A DNA stretch of 63,106 bases, filler included, from Chiloscyllium plagiosum (taxonomy: Eukaryota): NCBI RefSeq assembly GCF_004010195.1. It is 7 parts of 7 records of this genome, joined end to end, with 100 filler letters (N's around TTAATTAATTAA, not from the genome) between each part and the next. Parts side by side here need not be neighbours in the genome. Positions count along the whole stretch, not along the records: positions 1 to 3,911 come from NW_025203317.1; positions 4,012 to 18,107 come from NW_025208183.1; 5 more parts are not named here. One strand, given 5' to 3'. The notes below the pieces were generated by a model, which saw only the letters and a list, made by a program, of their open reading frames with translations, had not been told where the DNA came from and ran no database searches. Shown here piece by piece: positions 1-12,569 of this stretch. Position 1 is the first letter of the stretch, and each line of letters begins with the position of its first letter. Position numbers and translations under genes: made by a program.

Positions 1-1139
1 CTTAATCATTAATACTGAAAGCGCCTCTGTGGCAATAGAGAACATACCAAGGCGTAGTCAATTCGTGCAGATTTGTGAACATGATTTAAAAAAAAGGAAA
101 GAATTTGAGGCTGTACTGAAGGTTGTACGTAAATCCCTAGCTCCTGTAAAGAAATGTTGCGTTTTTTTTAACAACATTCACCGTGTTACAAGAACATCAT
201 GTCGGTCTTTCAATTCCAACTTTTTTTTGCATTCATTAGTAAAGTGGCTTTTACGCGGCTTTTACCGTTGACATAGCTTGGTTAAATCAAACAGGTGTCG
301 AACAGAAGGAGGTGAACAGTATAAGTTATGAGTTTGAATAAATCTGCTGCAGTTAGTTTAAACGTTTTGCTTGTAAGATCTGGCGCAAGTGCCATAATGG
401 TGTATCATGGGGTTAACAATCACGCATGTTGCTTTACTATTGGTCCGACGCGGGTTCATCTACACCACGACAGATGGTGAAACTGAAGTTTAATCTGAAA
501 AACAAATTGGAGAAGGAAGGCTGGTATAGTGATAACCTTTTAATCAATGTTGTCAAAAATATGCAAAATCTTGTATACTTGTGTCCTCTGACAAAGAAAT
601 TCAAATATACTGCAGCGTCCTCAATGTTTCTCCCGTTTGGAATCGTCACTGGATTCTTTCCTGCCTTTACCTCTCCTAGCTCACATGGTCTTTCCAAAAT
701 CATTCCACCAATTTTTTTTTCCTGCTCTTTCAACCCTAATAATGAAAAATAACTCATTATTTAACTTTCATTCCTATAACCATTTTGATTTCCATTATAT
801 CATCCTCATTGACCTCTGCACCCCAAACACTACTCCAACGTTCAAAACTTATCTCAAACCTCACTGACTCAAGTTCATTGACTCCTCCTTACTTGGAAAT
901 ATCTCTGAATGCGATATTTTTGTCACTTTCCAAAACTGTGAGCACGTTTGCAACAATTTTATGCTGAAACTTCATTAATCAGAAATGAGTTTGAATAAAT
1001 CAAGAATAAACCATGAATTTTCAATGAAACAAAATAAAGAAATTCACAAATGTGCTGCTGACAATTGAATTCCTTCCATCTAGGCTCCCATCACCTCTTT
1101 AGGATTTTAACAGAGAAAACGACCACACCTACATCTCCA

Positions 1140-1560
1140 CCTGTCTTCCACTGTGCAGTTGAAATCGATAGGCCCTACTCATTTTCATTCACCTTATCTC
1201 GTCAGTGTATCAGATTCCCCCAGTCTGGGTGGCTTTACTGTACCCACATGGCTCTACTGGGATAAACTCCCGAACAATTCACCATTGACCACTCATTTCT
1301 CCCTGTTTTACCTCAACAAAGTCATTCAAGGACATGGCATCCGCTCCTACTGAAAGATCAGGCATGCATTTCTAAGTAATCTAATCTAATCTAATCTATT
1401 TGATCACCCCCTCTGTCAAATGTCGCCCTGCCGCTGCACCACATCTCCACCGTTCTCCCAACTCCCGTAACTGCCACAGGTCGGACAACACTGAACTCAG
1501 ACAAGGGTTGTCTCAACTAGAAACCTTCCACGTCATGCCAAAATATTTCAAATTCTCTTG
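1140..1560 (+). mobile_element. Degenerate Penelope-like element, GIY-YIG endonuclease remnant
   Basis: Translation QCIRFPQSGWLY resembles the PLE motif YCIxCxxCGLLYIGET; frames broken. Confidence 0.45.
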
Positions 1561-1760
1561 GTCACCAATCAGACCTGAGCCATCCTCATCTTGCAACACC
1601 TACTTCCGTCCATTTGCCTTAAACAGAACCAATTCATTGAGATTGTCTCAGACACAGAGTCGATGCCTGAATGCACCAGGGAGTCCCAGATGGTTATAAT
1701 TTTTCCACCGATTTTCGCTGGCTGTTGCTGTCTTCCTGCTCGAGATCTTCCCTGCCCAAG

Positions 1761-1815
1761 ATGTCTGTGTTCCACGTGCTGTTCTATCTCTCAGCCTTGG
1801 GAATAATTTATACAG
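1761..1815 (+). CDS. Signal-peptide (leader) exon of a non-rearranging VJ-type IgSF gene
   Basis: ATG 1761 encodes hydrophobic MSVFHVLFYLSALGIIYT; phase-1 donor G|GT at 1815/1816 matches the phase of the next exon. Confidence 0.75.
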
Positions 1816-2008
1816 GTCTATAAATATTGACAGTCATCTAGCGGATAGGAATATGAATGGAAATCCCGGGAACTCAAAACTGGAAGCTTCGTTTTCATGA
1901 TTAGTTATTTGATTTTCTTTCGTTAAGTTTCTTACCCATTATTTTACCTCTTTTCCTTTTTCAGGAGATGAAACATGAACAACTAATGTTTGTGTATATT
2001 TCTGGTAG

Positions 2009-2329
2009 ATACTGGCGAAACCCCTTTGCCTGTGATGCAAATCCCTGCGTGCCTGACTGCAGTGGAAGGTGCAAATGTGTCAATGTATTGCTCCATCCCG
2101 CTTTTCGATCGCACAATATCGGTGGATGTCTCTTGGCGGAAAGATGGGCAGACCAAAACTTTGGACCCAACAGCAGACACAAGGAAAACAATATTACCGT
2201 TCAAGCAAGCATCTGCTGAATTCCATCTGTTGAATGTGAGCTTCCGGGACTCCGGAATCTATTACTGTAGCATCAGCGTCTTCGGCAGGAAGGCTTCCAA
2301 TGGGAATGGGACTAAGCTTATCGTACACG
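2009..2329 (+). CDS. Single-exon germline-joined VJ-type Ig V-set domain (NCR3/NKp30-like non-rearranging receptor family; exact family unresolved)
   Basis: AG acceptor 2007-2008; B-strand Cys (MYC), C-strand Trp (VSW), DSGIYYC and J-like GNGTKLIV in one exon; phase-1 donor G|GTGAGT at 2329/2330; no RSS. Confidence 0.85.
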
Positions 2330-3459
2330 GTGAGTGTCACTGAGGAGAAATGGACAACGTTAAATTAGGCAGGTTTCCATCGATAGCAGATAACAAGAGC
2401 AGCACGGTGTCTGCTAATAGTTTGGTGCCGCAATGCAAGCTTGTTTTTTTTTCAGTTCAAGGAGACTTAGACCGAACTTGTGCTGGTGTACATCAGACTT
2501 GCCGTCCGCGGTCAATCAAAGCTAGCCAAGCCGTGTAATGTATTTAATCTTGTTTTATATCGACTATTTAAAATAAGATAAGTTATCCTAAATAATGCTC
2601 CACTTGATTTAGGTAGCCATCGGAAATGAAGTGCATTAGATTTGTCATGGAGTTCAACGTGGAAAGAAGTGTTTTTCTTTTAAAGGGGTAAATGTCAGGT
2701 TTTCAAAATCGATTATCAAATAGGTGCAAGTGATCATAAACGGATACAGCTACAGCACGATGTGAGTAATGCACAACGAGAGCAAATAATTATCCTCCAG
2801 AAGAGGAACAGGTTTTAGGAAAACATTCCTATGCAAACTAATGTAGAACGAATTATTAAATGCTGTCTCAGAAATGACGTGCATCCTCACACTGTCTGGT
2901 TGGAATATTAAATACTTAGAAGTGCTCACTGAAAGTTTTCCTGAGAAGCAGAGAGGATTATTTGGACTGCTTCTATAGTAAACTTGAAACTGGAACTGTA
3001 CTTACGCTGCTTCCAAGTATGATTTTGAGGAGGTGTTTACGTTTACTTCGAGATTAAATTCACAGGGATATATTTATTTTGGTTAATCCCCAATTTTGTT
3101 TGCAACTGTTGATAAATATATGCATTCCTCATTGTTTGAGACTCATCTTTAAGTCCTGATTTTAAGAAGTGGGTAAAGTTTACTGAACACTTTACCTCGT
3201 TATGTTGATACAACCAGTCTACCGACATGAAGTCGCAGTATGGAAATATTTATGAACAGTGATTTTTTCTGAATACTGGATAGGTCCTCGAGGCACTTGT
3301 TCAAGTCTGTGCACCAGCTTCAAATGAAACTGGCGTGTTTTGTAAAGCAACTCAGCCTTTGAAATGGGTAATGGCATCATCAATACCAGATGTTGGCGTG
3401 GGATTGCAACAGGATTTTGTCAATTGAAAATGAGGTTTGGAGGCATGAAGCAAATGATC

Positions 3460-3911
3460 AATGAGAAAATGGCTCAAAGGTAGAAAACAGAGGGTGATCA
3501 TGGAGGGTCGCCTTTCAGACTGGATGCCTGTGACCAGTGGTGTGCCACAAGGACCGGTGCTGGGTCCACTGCTTTTCGTCATTTACATAAATGACTTGGA
3601 TGTTAACATAGGAGGTAAAGTAAGTAAGTTAGCAGATGATATCAAAATTGGAGGTGCCGTGGACAGCAAAGACGGTTACCTCAGAAAACAACAAGAACTT
3701 GATCAGATTGGCCACTGGGCAGAAGAGTGGCAGATGGAGTTTAATTTGACAAATGTGAGGTCCTACATTTTGGAAAAGCAAATCAGGGTAGAACTTATAC
3801 ACAGAATGGGAACGTCCTGGTAAATGTTGCTGAACAGAGACCTTGGAGTGCAGGTTGATTGGTGAGGCCACATTTGGAATACGGTGTGATCTCCTTCCTA
3901 TCGGAAGGATG
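3460..3911 (+). mobile_element. CR1-type LINE reverse transcriptase fragment
   Basis: WLKGRKQRV...GVPQGPVLGPLLFVIYINDL...KLADD...WQMEFN, RT motifs typical of CR1. Confidence 0.9.
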
Positions 3912-4011
3912 NNNNNNNNNNNNNNNNNNNNNNNNNNNNNNNNNNNNNNNNNNNNTTAATTAATTAANNNNNNNNNNNNNNNNNNNNNNNNNNNNNNNNN
4001 NNNNNNNNNNN
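3912..4011. other. Artificial contig-join spacer (44 N + TTAATTAATTAA + 44 N)
   Basis: Same 100-nt structure occurs six times; the 12-mer gives stops in all six frames. Confidence 0.97.
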
Positions 4012-4479
4012 TAAACACACAAGTGCATCAACTAATTTTCAATTTTTCCAGTGGTTGTTTGAATCTCTGGACAGGTGTGGAAATGTCCGACTTTCTATAT
4101 CGCCTTGAGAAACCAGTTGTCAACAGTCTATTTCAATTGCTGAAGTTTGTGTGGCATTAGCACATTCACAGCGCTGTTAGGAAGTGAGTCCCATGGCTGT
4201 GATTGAGGAAGAGGAAACGGGCAAAGAAATAATTGAGAGTCAAGTTGAAGTCTAATTTGGAGGAGAGCTTTCAGGTGAAGCATTTACATGCATGTGCGCC
4301 CTTATCCTCAAGGATCACAGTTTTGGAACATGCTGCCGAAGGGACATGTCAGCATGCAAAATGGAAGCTGAAGAAGGCATCTCGGCCCCTCTAGAAGGCT
4401 ATTCCATTCATGGGATCATCATTAATCTTACTGCTCACCAGTCCTCCCAACACACCTATAACATTGAACCTGATTGTTT

Positions 4480-5310
4480 ACTGTTCAACAGAAGAATGGT
4501 GAACCTTTGGAATTCTCCACCACAGAAATTGATTGAGGACAAAACATTAAATGATTTCAATAAGGAGATAGATTCCTTCAATCCTTACAAAATGCTACGG
4601 ATATGTGGGAGAAAGGCAAACAGGGTACAATATTGGTTGAAAGCCATGAAAACATTGAATGGGACATGGTTTGTAAGTTTGCACGTAACGCAAACATTGG
4701 TGGTATAATTGGCAGTGAAAGTTATCTAAACGTACAATGAGATCTTGATTAGCTGGGCCAATGGGCTGAGGTGTGGCAGATGGAGTTAAAGTTAAATGAA
4801 TACGATGTGTTGCTTTTTGAGAAGACAAATCAGGTCACAACTTACAGAGTTAATGGTAGGGCACTGGATAGTGATGTTAAACACAGGGCCTTGAGGGTCC
4901 AGACTCATAGAGTCTTACAGAGTTAATGGTAGGGCACTGGGTAGTGTTGTTGAACACTGAGGATCCAGAGGGTTCAGACTCTTACATTATTGAAAGCGTT
5001 GTCTCAAGTACCTAGTGTGTTGAAGGTGTTTGGCACATGTACCTTCATTGGCCAGAGCACTGAGTACAGGAGTTAGGGCTTCATGTTGTAACTGTCCAAA
5101 ACATTAGAATGAACTGCCAGAGGAAGTGGTAAATGCAGAGATAGATCAAACATTTAGAAGACATTTGAATAGCTACAGGAACGGGACACGTCTGAATGGA
5201 TATGGGCCAAAGACAGGCAAGTGAAATTACTTTAACTTGGGAACTCTGGTCAGCATGGATGAGCTGGACCAAAGGAACTGTTTCTGACCTGTATGATTTT
5301 ATGACTCACT
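4480..5310 (+). mobile_element. Degenerate CR1 LINE fragments
   Basis: RMVNLWNSPP and WQMELK-like RT/3' segments; ~70-bp local duplication at 4843-4985. Confidence 0.65.
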
Positions 5311-5550
5311 AACTTTATGGTGGAGTAGGCTCAAAGTTGGAAGGTGGTGAGCAAGTGAGGGTCTAGATAGGGAATGTGGGAGAGTTTGGGCTGGTAGGCT
5401 GTGAGTGTTGGCTGGCTGCTGGGTAAGCTTGCATGCACTCTGTCTGGCAAGGTGGTATCAAGGTAAATGGTAATGGTCACAGGATATTTTGGTCGAATTG
5501 CGCTTGGTAGGTGAGGGGTAGTTTGAGCTGAAATGCAGGAGGTCTGTCTT

Positions 5551-5622
5551 TGCCAGGCTGGTTTATGGAGAGGTGAGCAGGATGCCAGGCTGGTTAGTGT
5601 AGAGGTGGGCAGAGTGCCAGGA
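5551..5622 (+). repeat. Short (~2-unit) copy of the 32-bp G-rich repeat upstream of Cmu1
   Basis: tgccaggctggtttatggagaggtgagcagga / tgccaggctggttagtgtagaggtgggcagag; flanks homologous to the reverse complement of the flanks of 22549-23141. Confidence 0.75.
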
Positions 5623-6799
5623 TGTTTCGGGGGTGGAAGGTCACTGTAATGAAGTGACAGGGGGACGTGTTGTCTAAATGCAAAGCTTGGAGTCTGGCAA
5701 AATGGTAGGTTGTAAAGCAGAGATGCGAAAGGAGCTAGGATGCAATGTGCACAGGTTGGCTTGGGTAAGATGAGAGGTCAGTGATCAAGGACTGAGGTCA
5801 TGTGGGCTTTTGTCAGAGGTTGTGAAAATGATGGTGCCAGGTCCAGTCAGGGCCAGATTCACCATGGGCCAGGTGCAGGGCGGCAGGAGTGTAAATGAGT
5901 GAAAGGAATTGAGATCATATGTCCATCTGGAATATAGAATATAGAACATNNNNNNNNNNNNNNNNNNNNNNNNNNNNNNNNNNNNNNNNNNNNNNNNNNN
6001 NNNNNNNNNNNNNNNNNNNNNNNNNNNNNNNNNNNNNNNNNNNNNNNNNNNNNNNNNNNNNNNNNNNNNNNNNNNNNNNNNNNNNNNNNNNNNNNNNNNN
6101 NNNNNNNNNNNNNNNNNNNNNNNNNNNNNNNNNNNNNNNNNNNNNNNNNNNNNNNNNNNNNNNNNNNNNNNNNNNNNNNNNNNNNNNNNNNNNNNNNNNN
6201 NNNNNNNNNNNNNNNNNNNNNNNNNNNNNNNNNNNNNNNNNNNNNNNNNNNNNNNNNNNNNNNNNNNNNNNNNNNNNNNNNNNNNNNNNNNNNNNNNNNN
6301 NNNNNNNNNNNNNNNNNNNNNNNNNNNNNNNNNNNNNNNNNNNNNNNNNNNNNNNNNNNNNNNNNNNNNNNNNNNNNNNNNNNNNNNNNNNNNNNNNNNN
6401 NNGGGTAGGGTTTGTCAATGTGAGTGGAAATTTAGGTCAAGGCAGAGTAAGTGCAGTGGTTAGTCTGTAAGATGAGGTTTGGTGGTGAACTGCGTGTCAG
6501 TTTGATAGTTATTAAAGTTAAAGATTACTTGTTCATTTCTCAAATCATATTTACATAAATACTCAGCTGTAACACTCCAAAGTCTCTGAACCTTAATGGT
6601 CCTCCATTTTTCAGAGGCATCCAGAATTCAGATAATTGTAAATTAGATGTTTCAACTTCCAGCCAATTGGCATGAGTTCAGCCGTGACAGCCATCCTCCT
6701 AGTCCCAGTGCTCAGCTCCTGCCTGTGCTGCTGCTGCAGAGACCTCCCTCCCAGTGAGAACATTCTGCCTTACATTGATAAGTGAGGAAGGCTCACTGG

Positions 6800-7100
6800 A
6801 CCTGATTTCCAAGTATAGGGATGGCAAACACGAGGGGACACCACTTTAAAGTGAGGGGAGATAGGTATAAGACAGATTTCAGAGGTAGTTTCTTTACTCA
6901 TTGAGTAATAAGGGTATGGAATGCTTTGCCTGCAACAGTAGTAGATTCGCAAAGTTTAAGTACATTTAAGTTGTCATTGGACAAACATATGGACGGACAT
7001 GGGATAGTGTAGGTGGGATAGGCTTCAGGTTAGTATGACAAGGCAGCGCAACATCGAGGGCCGAAGGGCCTGTATTGCACTGTAATGTTCTATGTTCTAT
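6800..7100 (+). mobile_element. CR1 LINE 3' end
   Basis: RGHHFK.../VWNALP-type C-terminus and 3' tail tgttctatgttctat. Confidence 0.75.
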
Positions 7101-7170
7101 GGTTCACTCTGATTTCTCTCCGGGGGTACTTGCTGTTGGGTATTTCCAGCAGCAAGGCACCGAGTGGGGT

Positions 7171-7475
7171 GGCACGCTGGTTCCGTGGTTAGTGTTGCTG
7201 CCTCACAGTGCTAGGGACTCGGGTTCCATTCCAGCCTCGGGTGACTGTGTGGAGTTGGCACTTTCTCCCCATGTCTTTGTGCGTTTCCTCCCACAGTCCA
7301 AAGATGTGCAAGCTGGGGGAATTGCAAATGTTGTGTTCAGTGATTGGGATTTTAGGTGCATTAGTCAGGGTTAACTGTATCATAATAGGGTAGGGGAATG
7401 GGTCTGGATGCGTTACTTTTCAGAGGGTAGGTGTGAACTTGTTGGGTCAAATGGCCTGTTTGTACACACTGTAGA
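7171..7475 (+). mobile_element. tRNA-derived shark SINE
   Basis: ggcacgctggttccgtggttagtgttgctgcctcacagtgctagggactcgggttccattcc has A/B-box-like motifs; same family recurs at 7835, 51565 and 57722. Confidence 0.8.
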
Positions 7476-8475
7476 ATTTCGATGAATCTGCATTTCCTTG
7501 GTTTGTATTTTGTGAAACGTCTCTGTTCTTCACAGCAATCCAGTGAAAGTGTCAGTTGGTGAGATCTTCAAACAGTTACTGGAGTGGGATCAGGATGTTC
7601 TTCTTCCTAAATTATATGGTAATGGTCAACGTCGAGGGCATGTTTCTAAAGAGGGAACCAATGATCATGATCAGCAACTGGAAGGAAACAAAAATAAACT
7701 CCAGTTATGCTGTAGGCTTCAGCGGGAGCATACTGGCAAACGTTTACAGCTGAGGATACATTTGAGTAACTGATAAGGTCAAATTAACAGAAACTAACAT
7801 GCTCAATTGGTCATTCTATTGTAGAGACACCATCCTGCCTCACAGTGCTAGGGACTCGGGTTCCATTCCAGCCTCTGGTGACTGTCTGTGTGGAGTTGGC
7901 ACTTTCTCCCCATGTCTGTGTGCGTTTCCTCCCACACTCCAAAGATGTGCAAGCTGGGGGAATTGCAAATGTTGTGTTCAGTGATTGGGATTTTAGGCGC
8001 ATTAGCCAGGGTTAACTGTATCATAATAGGGTAGGGGAATGGGTCTGGATGCGTTACTTTTCAGAGGGTAGGTGTGGACTTGTTGGGTCAAATGGCCTGT
8101 TTATACACACTGTAGAATTTCGATGAATCTGCATTTCCTTGGTTTGTATTTTGTGAAATGTCTCTGTTCTTCACAGCAATCCAGTGAAAGTGTCAGTTGG
8201 TGAGATCTTCAAACAGTTACTGGAGTGGGATCAGGATGTTCTTCTTCCTAAATTATATGGTAATGGTCAACGTCGACGGCATGTTTCTAAAGAGGGAACC
8301 AATGATCATGATCATCAACTGGAAGGAAACAAAAATAAACTCCAGTTATGCTGTAGGCTTCAGCGGGAGCATACTGGCAAACGTTTAGAGCTGAGGATAC
8401 AATTGAATAACTGATCAGGTCAAATTAACAGAAACTAACATGCTCACTTGGTCATTCTATTGCAGAGACACCATC
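7198..8475 (+). repeat. ~640-bp tandem duplication (SINE + pre-Cmu1 intron + first 10 nt of Cmu1)
   Basis: ORFs at 7543 and 8184 are near identical (offset 641); copy 1 ends TAG|AGACACCATC at 7834. Confidence 0.9.
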
Positions 8476-8771
8476 TCCCCCCACGCTTTATGGCCTGGTC
8501 TCCTCCTGTCAGGAGCACAACACCGGTTCTGTGATCTTTGGTTGTTTGGCGAAGGATTATTCCCCTGACGTCACCAAGGTAACTTGGAAGAAAGGTGGGG
8601 AGCTAATCAAGACTGGATTGAAGACTTATCCATCAGTGAGAAACAAGAAGGAAACCTACACCCTGAAAAGCCAGTTAACCCTGCCCGAGTCAGTGGTAGA
8701 TTGCCCCAGCAAAACCTACTATGAGGTTCAACACAGCGGGTCACACAAGAGCAAAGTTATGCCATGTCCAG
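8466..8771 (+). CDS. IGHM: IgM CH1 exon (second Cys lost)
   Basis: TPSPPTLYGLVSSC...FGCLAKDYSP...TWKK...GLKTYPSV...SQLTL; AG 8464-8465, donor G|GTAAC 8771; TAT at 8720-8722 where the paralog has Cys. Confidence 0.9.
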
Positions 8772-8829
8772 GTAACAGAGATAAACAGATCATCTGTGAT
8801 TAACATGAATAAGGCATTATTTAGAACAG

Positions 8830-9400
8830 TTTTCACAGAATCACCTTATACAGCACAGGGAAAAGGCCAATTGATCCACCCAATTCATGCCTATCAATAA
8901 CAGCCACCTAACGATTCCAGTCTCATGTGCCAGCACATGATCCATTGCCTTGTTGTCTTGCCCTTGCAAGGATACTTCATACTTATTATGAGGGGCTCAG
9001 TCTCTACATGACTTGTAGGTGCTGAGCTCCAGGCTAACACCACCTTCAGTTTGATTTAGTTTTCCCCTGAGATCCACTTGGAACCTCCTGGCCTGACCTT
9101 CACAATGTGCGCCTGAGGCATTGATCTCTCCATCAAGGGGAAAGTTTTCATCCAGTTTACCCTGTCTATGGCTAAAATGATTCTAGACATCATGATAATC
9201 TTCTCTCCAATTCTCCTCTGCTTCAAGGAAAAGCCCTGTTTATCTAATCTAGTTTCATAACTAAAACCCTCCAACCCAGGCAAGATCCTGGCAAATCTCA
9301 TCAATACTGCCTTCAGTGTAATCACATTCCTTCGATGACATGCACACAACGCTTCAGTATGGCCTAACCAGTGTTTTATTAAGTTCCCGTATCATCTCAC
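8830..9400 (-). mobile_element. CR1 LINE 3' fragment in the CH1-CH2 intron
   Basis: Minus ORF FARILPGLEGFSYETRLDK; a similar element follows the other CH1 (19933-20420) in the same relative orientation. Confidence 0.7.
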
Positions 9401-10530
9401 CACTATTCATTGTCAATGTCTAGGCTAATAAAAGCAAATATCCTCCCACTTTCTTAGCCTCTTTATCCAGACGACACAGTACTATAGGGGATCGCTGGAT
9501 ACATGCACCAAAGATCCTCAGGCCTTTCCAGGGTTCCACCATTCCAAACTTCATACCTCACAGATTCTTCTGCCGAATTCCATCACCTTACATTTATCCA
9601 GAATAATTTCCATTTGCAACTTTTCTCTTCACATACAACCAACCCTTTTATATCCTCCTGCAATCTAAAGCCATTATGCTAATGACTTACCAACATGACA
9701 GCTTTCATTTCATCTATGAATTCACTAGTTAATCCTCCTAAATTTGAGTCTCAATCATTGGTATGTAAGAGAAATAGCAAGGAAATCAACACCAATCCCT
9801 ACAGAACACCAGGAGATATAGATTTCCAGTCATGCAGACACCCGACGACTGTTATCCCCTGCTCCCACCACTCAGCCAGTTCTAGATCTAATCTATCAAA
9901 TTAACTCGGGTCCCATTGGCTCTGATTATTGCTATCATCTGGACATCGAGTTATCTCTCTGAAAACTATGATCAAATTGTTACACATGACTTCCTCTCAA
10001 TAAAACCGTGCTGAAAATTGTTGAATTAACTTCCAAATGAAGACTAATTGCACTTCTCAATAGTTTCCTTACCACTGAGACTAGCTTGACAGATCTATGG
10101 TTTCATTATTTATCCCTTCCTTCGTCCTGCATAACAGTGCAACGTTGGCTGATCTCCACTCACTTGGCACAACTGCTGCGGCCAGACAGGAATTCTAAAT
10201 TATTGTCAGCGACCCAACTATTTCATCCTTTGCATCGTTCAACAGCTTGGTATACTTTTCATCTGCCCTGGAAATATAACCACTTTTCATTCAGCAAGAC
10301 AACACAGAACATCACGTCATGTGTCCTAATTTCTGAAAGCACATCACAACACCCCTCAATGATTTCTGTCCCCACATTGTCCCTCTTACAGTGAACACTG
10401 ACACAACACATTCGTTTTGACCACAACCTAATCCTCCGGCTCCACTCCAATAATAACACTTAATGGGCATTACTGTTTCCCGAATAATTCTTTTATTATA
10501 AATGAGCCTGTAACTTTTAAAAATATATTC

Positions 10531-11938
10531 CTTTATTTTGACTGCTATTATTTTCTCATGGTCCCTTTTGCTCTTCTCATTCCTTTGTCTTTCAAACTCC
10601 TCCTTGCACATTCTATACTCCCTATTAGTTTCTATTGTTTTGAGATTTCAGTATAGACCGGAAGCCTCCCTTGTTTCTCTTTATCTCCCCCTCCATGCCC
10701 TTTGGTGACCAGAGCCCGCTGCATTCTTAGTCCCACGCAGTGGCTTCCTGGGAAATGTCCTCCCTTTGAATTTCCTATCTCTTTCTTAAATGTGTCACAC
10801 TGCTCTGACTCAGATTTACCAATAAGTGTCAGCTTCCAGTACACTCTGGTCGAGTCATTACCTGATCTTATTAAAACTGTCTTTCCCCTTTTCAGAACGT
10901 TGGGCCAATTTCTATTCCTTTGCAGTACAATGTGAAATCTAACTGATTTACGATCACTGTCTGCAAAGTGCTCCACCATTGATATTTTACCCACTGCGTC
11001 GACTTCATTCCCTAAAGTTAAGTTCAGGTTCACCCCTCACTTGCAAGGTCTGGATTAAAATTCTCTGTATTAAACACATACTTTGTGCAAATATTCTTCT
11101 GGGGGCATTTTCAGAATTGTGCTTCCTCTACATTTTTGACAAAATGAATATCCAAGCCTATGCTGAGGAAGTTAAAAACCTCTTTTCTCATTCCCCTATT
11201 TAATTTACACGTCTCTAAAATTTGCCCATNNNNNNNNNNNNNNNNNNNNNNNNATGTTGACTGCTATTATTTTCTCCTGGGCCCTTTTGCTCTTCTAACT
11301 CCTTTGTCTTTCGAACTCCCCCTTGCACGTTCTGTACTCCATATTGTTTTGAGATTTCAGTACAGACCAGAAGCCTCCCTTGTTTCTCTTTATCTCCCCC
11401 TCCATGCCCTTTGGTGTCCAGAGCCCGCTGCATTCTTGGTACCACGCAGTGGCTTCCTGGGAAATGTCCTCCCTGTGATTTTCCTATCTCTTTCTTAAAT
11501 GTGTCACACTGCTCTGACTCAGATTTACCAATAAGTGTCAGCTTCCAGTACACTCTGGTCGAGTCATTACCTGATCTTACTAAAACTGTCTTTCCCCTTT
11601 TCAGAACGTTGGGCCAATTTCTATTCCTTTGCAGTACAATGTGAAATCTAACTGATTTACGATCACTGTCTGCAAAGTGCTCCACAATTGATATTTTACC
11701 CACTGGGTCGACTTCATTCCCTAAAGTTAAGTTCAGGTTCACCCCTCACTTGCAAGGTCTGGATTAAAATTCTCTGTATTAAACACATACTTTGTGCAAA
11801 TATTCTTCTGGGGGCATTTTCAGAATTGTGCTCCCTCTACATTTTTGACAAAATGAATATCCAAGCCTATGCTGAGGAAGTTAAAAACCTCTTTTCTCAT
11901 TCCCCTATTTAATTTACACGTCTCTAAAATTTGCCCAT
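10531..11938. repeat. ~700-bp direct duplication flanking a small N gap (LINE-derived)
   Basis: ORFs 10702/11411 and 10979/11688 nearly identical, offset 709; gap 11230-11253. Confidence 0.85.
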
Positions 11939-12569
11939 GTATTTGCACTTGGTCTTTTGGACCTATAGTAAGGTCTGTCGTGCTCTCCCAGTATTATGTT
12001 TGCTGTATTTTGGTTTTGAAGTACTGTCCATTTGCCTTTGTTTGAGGAGGTATCCATGATTTCATTTCTCTTTACAGCCTAAAATACTCTTGTCAGAATT
12101 GCGACAGAAGCAACAATCTGTACCGCACATCCCCGTCCCCATCCTTTTCCATCTTTCCCTGTCTCGCCTGAAGGCACTAAATCCTGGAATGTTGAATAGC
12201 CACTCTTGCCAGGTTCTTAATATGTCTCCGTGATAGCAACCGCATCATTTCCTCATTTATGCCGGTAATTCGTCTGCCTTATAATCAGACTCTGTCATGA
12301 AAACGAATACCATCCAACGTTGCTATCTCCCTTCTGATGTTACCGGCCTATAGTTTCCATGCGTCCTTGACTCCCTTGCTGTGTCCTCTAAGTTTAGCCT
12401 TTCACATTGTCCTGCTGATCTTTCTGTGTGGATCCCAGCTTCTCCAGCACTCTGCACAATTATGATTCTTGTATCCATTAACCACAAGAAACCTTGATAT
12501 ATGAGAACTGATTGTATTTGTTATGAAATTCGTCGCATAATATATGCGATGTGTTTCCTAACGGTCCAG

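Noticed and set aside
426-757. Overlapping ~107-aa ORFs, one with an AVYLNF tyrosine motif
   Set aside because: No recognisable domain and no convincing splice-site pair
5915-6470. Long ORFs through N runs (also 19556-19945, 49570-50436, 61247-61987)
   Set aside because: Artefacts of translating assembly gaps
10531-11938. Duplicated 133/175-aa ORFs as a novel gene pair
   Set aside because: LINE-derived intronic sequence duplicated across a small gap; probably haplotype overlap in the assembly
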